This document shows positions 50,918 to 60,726 of a DNA stretch of 64,000 nucleotides, piece after piece. Source of the stretch: Longimicrobiales bacterium (GTDB lineage: Bacteria; Gemmatimonadota; Gemmatimonadetes; Longimicrobiales; Gaopeijiaceae); NCBI GenBank assembly GCA_965238005.1, contig OZ250165.1:4736001-4800000 (forward strand), written 5' to 3'. The position numbers and the translations under genes are program-made. Within the stretch, counting starts at the first letter, position 1, and each line of letters begins with the position of its first letter. The notes under the pieces were generated by a model. That model saw only the letters and a list, made by a program, of their open reading frames with translations, ran no database searches and was not told the DNA's origin.

Positions 50918-51854
50918 TCAAGCCGCCTTCAGGGTGAGCTCCTGACGGACCTGGGCCGGGGTCCGATACCCATGCCGCTCTAGGAGCCACCCGCGGTTGT
51001 AGCGTTCGATAAACGCGTCGATCTCCTGTCTGGCCTCCTCGAGACTCTTGAAGTCGTGGAGGTACAAGCACTCCTCCTTCAGCGTCCGCATGAAGCGCTC
51101 TGCGACGCCGTTGCACTCCGGCTCTCCCACGTACGAGGCCGTCGAGCGGATCCCGAGCCAGGCCAGCTCCCCCTGGAACTGATGCGCCGTGTACTGCGGT
51201 CCCCAGTCGTGCCGTAGGCCGAGCCCCAGAGCGATCTTGGGCGCGTAGTCGTCCATGTGGGTCCGTACGCCCTGGCGGATCGGCTCGAGCGCTGCCCACC
51301 GATCGCCCTTCTTCGCCACGTGCCAGCCCACCACGTCCGTGACGCAGTGATCCACCGCCACGAAAAACCAGCACCACCCATCCTCCTTCGTGTAGAACCG
51401 CGTCGCGTCCGTGCCCCACAGCTCGTTCGGCACGTCCGTCGTGATCCGGCCACTGTGGCTCCGGTCCCCATGCGGATGCTTCCCGCGTCGTACAGGGGCC
51501 AGCAGCCCATTCTCCCGCATCAGCCTGAGCACGCGGTTCTTGCCCACATGGATCCCCTTCGGCCTCAGGCGCGCCCTCACCTTTCGATGACCCTCGCCCA
51601 GGAAGTCGCTCTGCTTCAGCACCTGTCGGATCTCCTCTACCAACTCCTCGTCGCTCAGCTTCGTCTTCGGTCCTCGTTTCTTCGGCTCTGCCGGCCCCTC
51701 GCTCTCTTCTCGATCCCGGGCCGCATAGACCGTCGAGCGCCCCACCCGCCAGGCCTCGCAGATCATCGTCAGAGGGTAGGGCCGCCCGGTCCCCGGACTC
51801 ACTCGCGTCCACGCTTCAAGAGCGTCCGTAGCTCGTCCCCGTACCCCCTTTTTT
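50918..51854 (-). CDS. IS3 OrfB DDE transposase
   Basis: WGTDAT, LRHDWG and NGVAERFMRTLKEE; in -1 frame relative to OrfA. Confidence 0.88.
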
Positions 51855-52158
51855 CCAGGAGCTCTCTCGCAAGCTCCAGTCGCATCGTCAACTCTCCCAG
51901 CTTCGCCTGGGTCCGGGTCAGCTCTCGTTCTCCAGGGTCCCGGCCCCGGCGCCTCAGCCCCTGCTGACCGGTCTCCAGAAACACCCGCCGCCATTCCTCC
52001 AACTCCGGTGGTGAGACCTGCACCTCGCGGCTGACCTCCACCAGATCCTCCCCCCGCAGCAGGCGCAGCACCACCTCCGTCTTATGCTGTGCGCTCCACC
52101 GCTCGGGTACCTTCTCACGACCTTCGGTCGCCTTCTTTTCCCTCGGCTTCTGGGCCAT
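51799..52158 (-). CDS. IS3 OrfA (HTH)
   Basis: RWSAQHKTEVVLRLLRGE...VSRE...WR...KLGELTM. Confidence 0.85.
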   Translation of the reverse strand: MAQKPREKKATEGREKVPERWSAQHKTEVVLRLLRGEDLVEVSREVQVSPPELEEWRRVFLETGQQGLRRRGRDPGERELTRTQAKLGELTMRLELARELLEKRGYGDELRTLLKRGRE

Positions 52159-52228
52159 CACGTCCCTTTCTCTCTGGACCCGCTCTCTTTGCCAATCTAC
52201 TGTCCAGAGAAACCGGGGGGCTGTCTCA

Positions 52229-52860
52229 ACCTGACGCTGGCGGCTCCCGGAGTGAACCGTAGCCAGAAGGGTGCCCGCGACGCCACCGATTGGCTTCCCG
52301 ATCAGAACACTTGTTGGTTCGCTGGTCGCGTCATCGCGGTTCGTCAAAAGTACCGGCTCACCATCGACCGGCGCGAAGCCGATACCCTTGAGCGCGTACT
52401 GGCTGGTTGCACCTCGACCAGCTTGGTCGTGGTGGGTCGTGGCACCGTTCCACCCGCCTCTGCTGGCGACTCCCCTGACGTCGTCGGCACGGACAGCGCT
52501 GCGCTCGCCCAATGGGATGACAACGGCAACGGCCAGATCGCCTGCGCCGAGGCCCGCGCACACGGGATCGCGCCGGTGCCCCGCGGGCATCCCGCCTATC
52601 AGTACATGCGCGATGCTGACGGGGACGGCATCGTGTGCGAAACGGACGGCCGTGCGGACAGGGGCAGCACCGCGCGCCAAGTGCCGGTACCCTCGACGGT
52701 AACCCGGGGTGGATACGCGCTCAGTCAGTACGACGATAACGGCAACGGCCGGATCACCTGCGCTGAGGCCCGCGCACATGGGATTGCACCGGTGCCCCGC
52801 GGTCATCCCGCCTATCAGTACATGCGCGATGCTGACGGGGACGGCATCGTGTGCGAGTGA
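52229..52860 (+). pseudogene. DUF1524/HNH-like nuclease C-terminus with two Excalibur Ca-binding repeats, 5'-truncated by IS3
   Basis: NLTLA...NRSQKG..D..DW; two copies of D.NGNG.I.CAEAR...DADGDGIVCE (about 52516-52640 and 52732-52856). Confidence 0.75.
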
Positions 52861-52983
52861 AAGCGACGATCTAGCCTATCCGCCACGATGGAACGCTTGG
52901 TCCCGGATCACTCACCTGTTTGATCAATCGCCGAGACTGCTGTCCGCCCGCCCGCGCCCTCTTCTCCCTGTCAGGAGGATCCG

Positions 52984-53460
52984 ATGTCACTCGCAGACCA
53001 GGCGGTCGCCGAACTCGAGAGCACTGAGCAATTCTTCAACCGCTCGACCCGCTCGCTCACCGAAGAGCACTCGGGTGTGAAGCCCACGCCAGATGTGATG
53101 ACCGCCGCGCAGCAGGTGGCCCACGCGGCCCAGACGATCGACTGGTTCATCGAAGGCGCGTTTCGGCGTGAAGGTTTCGACACGAACTTCCAGGCTCACG
53201 CCAAGGCCATCGAGAACTGCACGTCGCTCACCGACGCGCGGGCTTGGTTTGCCAAGGCGGTGGCCGTTGCCAAGGCCACGCTGTCCTCCAAGAGCAACGC
53301 GGAGTTGACGGCGCCGATCGCCGACGGGCCGATCATGGGCGGCGCACCCCGCATGGCCATCATCAGCGCCATCACCGACCACACCGCGCACCATCGCGGC
53401 GCGCTGACCGTCTACGCGCGCGTCAGCGGGCTCGTGCCGCCCATGCCGTACATGGACTAG
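52984..53460 (+). CDS. DinB family protein
   Basis: QVAH and DHTAHHRGAL motifs; AGGAGG RBS. Confidence 0.88.
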   Translation: MSLADQAVAELESTEQFFNRSTRSLTEEHSGVKPTPDVMTAAQQVAHAAQTIDWFIEGAFRREGFDTNFQAHAKAIENCTSLTDARAWFAKAVAVAKATLSSKSNAELTAPIADGPIMGGAPRMAIISAITDHTAHHRGALTVYARVSGLVPPMPYMD

Positions 53461-53569
53461 TAGGGCCGTCCTCGTCGCTGCCGGTGAGAATCCTGGATAA
53501 CCCGAGCCTGGGCTATCCCTCCCGCGTTTCGGAGCCTGTCAACCCGGATGAGACACTTGGGGGAATCAA

Positions 53570-54335
53570 TTAGAGAGCAATCTCCTGTGTAGTGAGGGTG
53601 GGGCTTGGAGGATTGATCCAGACGGCCTCCGGGAGTGGTTTAGGCTTCGGCTCACCGGAGACGAAGCGGTCGGGATGAGCGGCCCATGCCTCGCGGAGCA
53701 CGGCCTTCCTGCGGGCGATGACCTGATAGGCGAAACCGAAGTGGACCTGTTCGGGGGTCAGCATGGAGATGCCGCCATGGCGGTGCTCGGCATTATACCA
53801 ACGGAAGAACGAGCGACAGAAGGTCTTGGCCTGATTCTGATCCCCGAACCGCCCGGGAAAGGAGGGATGGTACTTCAAGGTCTTGAACTGAGTCTCGGAG
53901 AACGGATTGTCATCCGAGACCTGGGGTCGGCTCAACGAGCGGGTCACGCCGAGATCGGCGAGTAGCTGAGCCGTGCATTGGCTCGTCATGGGAGCCCCTC
54001 GATCCGAGTGCAGCGTCAGGATCTGCGGCTGGACACCATGCTTCAGGCAACTCTGTTGGATCAGCCTGCCGGCCAGGGAAGAGTTTTCCCGATCCGCCAC
54101 CATCCAGCCCACGACGTAGCGGCTGAAGATGTCCAGGATCACGTAGAGGTAGAAGTAGCTCCACTTCTTCGGCCCCAGTAGCCGGGTGATGTCCCAGGAC
54201 CAGACCTGGTTCGGGCCTGTCGCCATCAACTCGGGCTTCTGGTACTCGGGATGGCTCCGCTGCGCTCGGCGTTCCTGAACCGGCACCTCGGAGGCCAGAA
54301 CGCGATACATCGTACGCTCGCTGCACAGGAAGCAG
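53570..54335 (-). pseudogene. IS3-like transposase, integrase-core remnant
   Basis: WSWDIT, DIFSRYVVGW, HSDRG and DNPFSETQFKTLKY; N-terminus missing. Confidence 0.85.
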
Positions 54336-54630
54336 GCGCGCGACACCGGGAGGAAGGACTGCAACGACTGTCCCATCAATATCGTCAAGCGCCATCGGCT
54401 CCAGCGATACGATCCGTGGCTGCGAGCTGACCAGCTCACAGACGGACGAAGTGTTCGCGCGCACGTGCGGGTTCGAGATCGTCAAGGCTGCGAGATCTAC
54501 TTGTTCAGCGACGAGCCAGCGCCATCGGGATGGCGCAGGCCGCGCCAGCGTACGGGGCGAGTACACCCGATGGCAACGCACCGGCGCCATCATCCGGGAG
54601 CGCCAGCCCAATGTGAAAGAACCGACCGGT

Positions 54631-54732
54631 TCAGCTTATCGAGTCTCCGCCGGACAGGTAGGCCGCCCAGTCGTTCATGAGCCGGCGCCGGCGGTCGAAC
54701 AGGTCCGTGCGCCGATAGGCCGCCTCGGCAGA
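54631..54732 (-). pseudogene. Tyrosine integrase C-terminal fragment (P4-like)
   Basis: My translation: EAAYRRTDLFDRRRRLMNDWAAYL. Confidence 0.8.
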
Positions 54733-54893
54733 GTACAGATGGTGTGAATCACGGCAAGTACTCGTCTAAGTTCAATCAGGACTGCACGATCTGCCGCACT
54801 TGCCGATGGCCGATGGCTGATTGCAGCGTACCGAAATGGCGGGAAAACGGCATTGAATGGCGGGAATCCCGGTCGTATCAGATCCCGTGTCCC

Positions 54894-55386
54894 TCACACG
54901 CCGAATTGGCGAAGATGATAGTCAAGGTGTCTCCAGCAGAGCAGACCCCATTCCTCACCCGAGACTTGCCCGAAGACCGGATGTGTACCCCACTTTTCCG
55001 AAGAATCTTTCTGGCCCACACGGTCCACCAAGGCATGGAGTGCCGCGACGTCGTCACGCCATTCGGCTGAAGACGTCGTCAACATCTCTGGGGGAGCGCC
55101 GATCCATGCTCTCGGCCACGGCAGCCAGTGGGACCAAGACTCGTCGGAAGCATCTGAACCTGAGGAGTCCCGGTGTCACCTTTACTTCCCGAGTGCCGAA
55201 TCTCAGCCGGAGCGGTCCTGCATGCACCTTGAGATCGCCGAGTGCGACCCATAACTGATCGGCGTCGTGGCAGACCATCTCTCTCGCAGTCATAGTACCC
55301 CATCACCGGATGCTCTCTGGCGAAAGTCGGTCGATTCGTGCGTGGATCGCCGCTCGCGCCGATTGTCCGAACAGGGTAGTGCTCAT
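54894..55386 (-). pseudogene. DUF1569/DinB-like gene, disrupted
   Basis: WGTMTAREMVCH and HPVFG...HLDYHLRQFGV; in-frame TGA and frameshift. Confidence 0.8.
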
Positions 55387-55569
55387 GAGCCTTCAGCGCC
55401 TCCAGTGAGCGTGCCAGCGGTTCGAGCGCGAACTGTTGAGACGGCATCCACCGGCAAACCCGGGGCGGTTCAGTTCCTGTTAGTGCTCTCCAGGGCACCG
55501 CGCCAATCGGACCGCCCGGGTCTGAGGGCGATTGTGTGCGGAAGGGAGTTATCGCAAGCCGCTCCGTCT

Positions 55570-55655
55570 CTGGCCATCCCGCCCTCGCCAAGCTCACGCT
55601 CGACGCGGTAGCGGCCTTCGAGGGCAGCGTTCGGGCGGGTAATGGGGTCGGTCAT
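55570..55655 (-). pseudogene. Ser/Thr protein kinase N-terminal stub
   Basis: AALEGRYRVERELGEGGMA followed by unrelated sequence. Confidence 0.75.
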
Positions 55656-55750
55656 GGCAGATTTCTAAAGTCGTTCCCGTCCACAAAGTGGGGCTCGAAC
55701 TCCCCACGCCCGGACAAGCTGTAAGCACGAACTTCGACGCGGTCTTCTGC

Positions 55751-57328
55751 TTACGGTTCGTCGGCTTTCACCAACTCCTCTACCTCAACAACCTTCGTCT
55801 CCGTGGGTTCCGACCGGGCCGAATTGCGGATGACTTTGCCCAACACTGCCGGCAACTCAATGCCCGCCTGCTCGGCCAGCTCGTGGATCGCCGGCAGCGA
55901 CCCGATCAAGCTCGACAGAAAATCGGCCGTCCCACCGCCGTGCTTCGATCCACGACCACCGTTCCCCGAATCCCACACAGTGATCTTGTCGATCTTGAGG
56001 TTCTGAATCGCCTTCACCTGCTCGGCGACCAAGGTAGGAAGCTGCTCGATCATGAGCAGAGTCGGAGCGATCTGCGGATTCCCGGCGCAGGCCTCGACCA
56101 GTCTCTGGTACCCCGCGGCCTTGGCCTCCAGCACCTTTTGCGTACCCTCCGCCTCGGCCACGAATTTGGCCAGCATCGCGTCGGCCTCACCGCGCGCCTC
56201 GCGCCGCAGTTGCTCCGCAGTCGCCTCGGCCTTGATCTCGACCCGCTCTTTCTCGATCTCCTGAGGCGCCAGTTCGTCTTTGCCCAAGCGGGCGATCTCC
56301 TGCTCGCGCTGAGCCCCGAAGATCGCCTCGTCCGCCTGTGCGGCCGCGATCTCAGCCCTGCGCTTCGCCTCGGCCCGCACCTCTGCGAGCTGGGCGTTTG
56401 AGTTCGCGATCTCTCCCTGTGACGAGTTCTCGCCCTGAACCGCCGTCGACTCCGCCGCGGCAACCTGCACCCGCTGCTCCTGCTCCGCGTTCTTCTTAGC
56501 GGCGATGGTCTCGGCTTCCCGCTCGGCGGTTGCGATCTCGTAGTCGCGCTTCGACTTCACCTCGCCCTCAATCGCGGTCGCCTCCAGCGCAGCCACGCGC
56601 ACGCGCTGATCGCGCTGGGCATCCTTCTGCCCGGTAGCGCCGTCGCGATCCTGCTGGGCGACCTCCACCTTGGCGCGATTGATCGCCTCCGCCGCCGCAC
56701 GTTTCCCGATGGCTTCGATGTAGCCACTCTCGTCGGTGATGTCACGGACGTTCACGTTGATCAGCGCGAGCCCCACCTTGTTGATCTCCTCGGCTACGTT
56801 CGTGTTGATGAGATTCATGAACTTCTCGCGGTCCTTGTTAATCTCTTCGATCGACAGGGTCGCAATGACCAGCCGCAACTGACCCAGAATGATGTCCTGG
56901 GCTTGCTCGCGAATCTGGTTCTCATCCAGGTGCAGTAGTCTTTCCGCTGCTGAGTTCATGAGCACCGGGTCGGTGGAAATGCCCACCGTGAACGTCGAGG
57001 GAACGTTCACCCGGATGTTGTTGAGCGACAGCGCTCCTTCCAGGGGGATATCGATGACCAGCGGCTCGAGAGGCAAGAACGCGTAGTCCTGCAACAGCGG
57101 GATTATGAACTTGCCGCCGCCGTGGAGGCACTGTGCCGCCTGTGCGCCCGCGACCCTCCCATAGATGACCAGGATCCTGTTGGAAGGACAGCGCTTGTAT
57201 TGCTTCACCAAGAACGAGATGCCGAAGAAGAGGATAAGCAGACCCCCACCTATCAAGCCGAGCCACACCCTCGAATCGCCCTCGAACGCGCCCACTTGGA
57301 GGAGTGCCACCGTGGCGAACAGGAACAT
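55751..57328 (-). CDS. SPFH/flotillin family protein
   Basis: YKRCPSN, GQLRLVIATL.IEEIN.DR, Ala/Glu coiled coil and IDKITVWD. Confidence 0.92.
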   Translation of the reverse strand: MFLFATVALLQVGAFEGDSRVWLGLIGGGLLILFFGISFLVKQYKRCPSNRILVIYGRVAGAQAAQCLHGGGKFIIPLLQDYAFLPLEPLVIDIPLEGALSLNNIRVNVPSTFTVGISTDPVLMNSAAERLLHLDENQIREQAQDIILGQLRLVIATLSIEEINKDREKFMNLINTNVAEEINKVGLALINVNVRDITDESGYIEAIGKRAAAEAINRAKVEVAQQDRDGATGQKDAQRDQRVRVAALEATAIEGEVKSKRDYEIATAEREAETIAAKKNAEQEQRVQVAAAESTAVQGENSSQGEIANSNAQLAEVRAEAKRRAEIAAAQADEAIFGAQREQEIARLGKDELAPQEIEKERVEIKAEATAEQLRREARGEADAMLAKFVAEAEGTQKVLEAKAAGYQRLVEACAGNPQIAPTLLMIEQLPTLVAEQVKAIQNLKIDKITVWDSGNGGRGSKHGGGTADFLSSLIGSLPAIHELAEQAGIELPAVLGKVIRNSARSEPTETKVVEVEELVKADEP

Positions 57329-57349
57329 CGTGTTATCCCCCTCTGGAGT

Positions 57350-57955
57350 TCATGCCTTCGTTACTGTTACTGAGTTGTCCTCATTTATGCTCACGACGCG
57401 GACCTTCTCGCTCCGGGGCAGTGCCTCGCCCTCCGTGATCGCTTTGTAGAACCGTTGGCGGTCGTCGATCAGGACACGCACGCGCCCCTTCCCGAGACCC
57501 TTGGCGGGGATCTTCGCGTACACCGTGCCCTCCGCCTCCAGGGTCTGGTATATGGGCACGTTGCCGCTGCTCTGGAGGCCATACATGGCCGTGAGCAATT
57601 TCGCGAGGAACCAAACCATGCCCGTTCCACACGCCACCGCGAAGACGACGCTGATCGTGCCCCCCCAGCCTCCGCCGCGGAACGCACCCAGCCCTCCCCA
57701 GCCAAAGCCCATCAGAAAAGCAGCGATCGCCTGGACGGACAGGACCTTGAAGGCGTACGAGGACTCGCCGTTATCTACGTCGATATCGGCTCCCGCATCG
57801 AGATCTACATCGACATCGAAGTCCACATCGACGTCCACGCCCGTATCGGCACCCCCGACGAGCATGAGGAGCGTACGCAAGGAGAAGAACACGGTGCCGG
57901 CAATCGCTGGCACGGTGAACCAGATGGCGACGGGACCGAAAAACAGCTCCTGCAT
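57350..57955 (-). CDS. NfeD-like partner of flotillin
   Basis: TM helices plus OB-like GTVYAKIP...G.V; directly upstream of flotillin. Confidence 0.8.
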   Translation of the reverse strand: MQELFFGPVAIWFTVPAIAGTVFFSLRTLLMLVGGADTGVDVDVDFDVDVDLDAGADIDVDNGESSYAFKVLSVQAIAAFLMGFGWGGLGAFRGGGWGGTISVVFAVACGTGMVWFLAKLLTAMYGLQSSGNVPIYQTLEAEGTVYAKIPAKGLGKGRVRVLIDDRQRFYKAITEGEALPRSEKVRVVSINEDNSVTVTKA

Positions 57956-58248
57956 ACGGCTTCCATCTCGGGGGGTGGCGGTTACTGGAGGATACGCGGA
58001 GGCCGTGATCCGCCTTCAGAGCATCACGTTAGTCGCCCCCCGAGGGAGCCGCAACCAACGCTGGGCTGCCTTGCCGCCTTTCTCAGTTCACGCGGGATCC
58101 CAACGGGGCTTCAAGGCCGAACGCAGTGTGATGCGGCGAGCCTGTCCGAGGGGACTGTGATCTGACCTCCTTTTCCATGTCTCGACCCGTCCAGAATTCT
58201 AAAACTGGACTTGGTCTCGTCTTAGGGGGTCAGATCAGCCTCGCTGGG

Positions 58249-58370
58249 CAGCTGGCCCACCGGGTCAGGGACCCCAACGGCCGGGCCTACAACCGGACGG
58301 CGTTCCTGCCCGAACGTAGACAGATGATGCAAGCCTGGGCCGACTATCTGGACCGGCTCAGGGTCGGGGA
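58249..58370 (+). pseudogene. P4-like integrase C-terminal fragment
   Basis: QLAH...AYNR...RRQMMQAWADYLD. Confidence 0.8.
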
Positions 58371-58389
58371 AGAGATCGAGGCGACTCAC

Positions 58390-58665
58390 GGAACCGGGTA
58401 CGGGTGTTCCCCGATCCCAAGACCGACCTGTTCCAGATCGAGTGGCGCGAGAACGGGCGCAGGCTCAGCAGGTCGCTGAAGCACCGCGACTGGGCTCGGG
58501 CGAAGAGGCAGGCGGACAAGGTCGCCGCCGACTTCGCGGTCCACGAGCCCGGTGGCAAGGCGGAAGCCGAACCCGAGCCGCTCACGCTGGGAAGGCTTTT
58601 TGACATCTACGGTGAAGAGGTGACGCCCACCAAGGGCGAGCGGACCCGGGGGCGCGACAGGGTCT
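58390..58665 (+). pseudogene. Phage integrase N-terminal fragment
   Basis: EWRENGRRLSRSL...AKRQAD...PLTLGRLFDIY; no catalytic domain. Confidence 0.6.
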
Positions 58666-58965
58666 GTCCAGCACCGCATGATCGATTCTTCCCTTGGGCA
58701 GGCTTCCCGGATCGCCGGGATCAAATCCTCACGTGCACCGTGCTCATGTTCCCGGACCTCCTTCCTGTTGGCCTTTGCGGGCCGAAATGATGCGTATGGC
58801 GGAGCCGCGCATCGTGTAGATCAGGACGAAAACCCGTCCTTCTATAGCGCCGACAAGCCGGTAGCGATCCTCTTCGTAATCCCACCGGCGGTCCCGTCCT
58901 TCGATCCGGACCGGATCGAGGAACGCTCGGATGGCATACGCGAAATCGAAGCTGCCTCCTCGGGA
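58665..58965 (-). pseudogene. BrnT-family toxin remnant plus start of overlapping partner gene
   Basis: My translation: FDFAYA...DYEEDRY...VLIYTMRG..IRIISARK, then a frameshift. Confidence 0.8.
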
Positions 58966-59291
58966 GCCGTCTAGGAGATCCCCGAGGCGGTCCCGCGCCG
59001 TCCAGGAGGAGATGACAGCGTCCGGATTCGGGAGCGTGCAACGGCCGTCCTCGGCCGGAGGAGGGCGCTAACCGGAGAACCGGAGGGCGACAACCGGAGA
59101 ATCGCAATCTCATAAGTCGTTGCGGCACAACACCCGGACCTCATCTCCACCCCGACTCCGACAGAGGGAGGGAGGGGGGGGCAGTATGCCGGTCGGCTCG
59201 GCTCCCTGGGGGTCGCCGACCGGCGCTCCCTCTGTCAAGCGATTGTGTTTCCGCCGCCTCGAGGACCACAGGGAGGAGAGAGAGCCTCTAG

Positions 59292-60573
59292 CCTGGATTT
59301 CTCACAGCAATAGGTTGGCATCGGACACGACCCCCTGCTGGCGCTGCTGTCCGGCAAGATCGAGGGCGGGCGCAAGGGCTGTCGGGCGCTGGCGGGCAAA
59401 AGTACGCTGAACCGTCTCGAACACGCGCCCAGGGACGGGAAGCCGGGGCGCTACCACAAGATCACCCACGATCCCGAGGCGCTTCAGGCGCTGCTCACCG
59501 AGTTGTTCATCGAGTCCTGGCCGGGGCGGCTGCCGCCGTCGCGGCTGGTGCTGGACATCGACTTCGACGGACGATGCGGCGCACGGTCGCCAGGAGGGCC
59601 GCTTCTTCCACGGCTACTACGGCCACTACTGCTTCCTGCCGCTCTACATCTTCTGCGGCAAGCATCCGCTGTGCGCCGTGCCGCGGCCGGGCAACTCCGG
59701 TCCCGCCGCCGGCGCCCTCGAAGCGCTCGGCCGCCTCGTCGCCCGGCTCCGCCGCGAGTGGCCCGGGCTCGCCATCCTGGTGCGGGCCGACTCCGCCTAT
59801 GCCCGCGAAGACCTGCTGGCGTGGTGCGAGGACAACGGCGTGGACTACGTCATCGGCGTGGCCAGGAACTCGCGGCTCACCGGGAGGATCGGCCCGGAGC
59901 TGGCCCGCGCTGGCCAACCGCAAGCTGGCCCGCGAGGGCGGCGACCCGCTCGCCGAGAAGCGCCGTATGCAGGGCGTGCCGAGCTTCGTCGTCACCTCTC
60001 TGCCCCGGACCGTCTCGGCACGGATCGTCTACGAGCGCGTCTACTGCCCCCGGGGCGACATGGAGAACGCCATCAAGGAGCAGCAGCTCGATCTGTTCTC
60101 CGACCGCACCTCCGCCTCCCGCTTCCCCGCCAACCAGCTCCGGCTCCTCTTCGCCGCCCTGCGCCGCGCTCTCCGCGGCACCCGCCTGGCTCGCGCCACG
60201 GCTGGCACGCTCCGCCTCAAGCTCCGCGCGGGTCAACGGTCTCGGTGCGGAGGGTCAAGGTGGCCATGGACTCCGCACATCCCCACTCCGCCGCCTTCGC
60301 CCGGGTCCACGCCCGATGGCCGGGATAGAGCCCTCGGCCCGACGTGCCGGGCCTCCCCGAAACACACCCTGTCACTCTCCCTACCGGGACCCGTGCCTCC
60401 CGAGGTCACCATCCGACAATCCGCACCGCCCCTGATCGCCGTCCGGGCCCTCGCTGACGCCCTCTCGAACCACTCCGCCTGCTTTGCTGACCCCGCTTCG
60501 CCGCGCAACCGCCCGAATCCGACCTCAGCCCTGCTGCCGCGGCCTCGTTACGACGCCGTGTGAGAAATCCGGG
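59292..60573 (+). mobile_element. Internally deleted IS1380-family element
   Basis: TIR CCTGGATTTCTCAC/GTGAGAAATCCGGG with CTAG on both sides; broken transposase (GKSTLNRLE, HGRQEGRFFHGYY, RADS, RGDMENAIKE). Confidence 0.85.
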
Positions 60574-60726
60574 CTAGGCGGCCGGAATCGGCCGAAAGCC
60601 TTAGCGGCACCCAGGGCTGCGCTGTCGGAGTGCGGGGCGGTATCAAGGATTCAGAAGCTCGCCTCCGGCGTCATCGACATTGCAGCATTGCAGGCGGCTC
60701 GCATCGAATGCCGGCCCGGTGGGCTT

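Larger units (their letters stand above)
50877..52228 (-). mobile_element. IS3-family insertion sequence (left end approximate)
   Basis: Imperfect TIRs CCGGTTT(G/CT)CTGGACA; orfA and orfB. Confidence 0.85.

Noticed and set aside
52516..52856. Template/variable repeat pair of a diversity-generating retroelement
   Set aside because: Both repeats are in-frame coding domains, differences are mostly synonymous rather than adenine-specific, and no reverse transcriptase is present.
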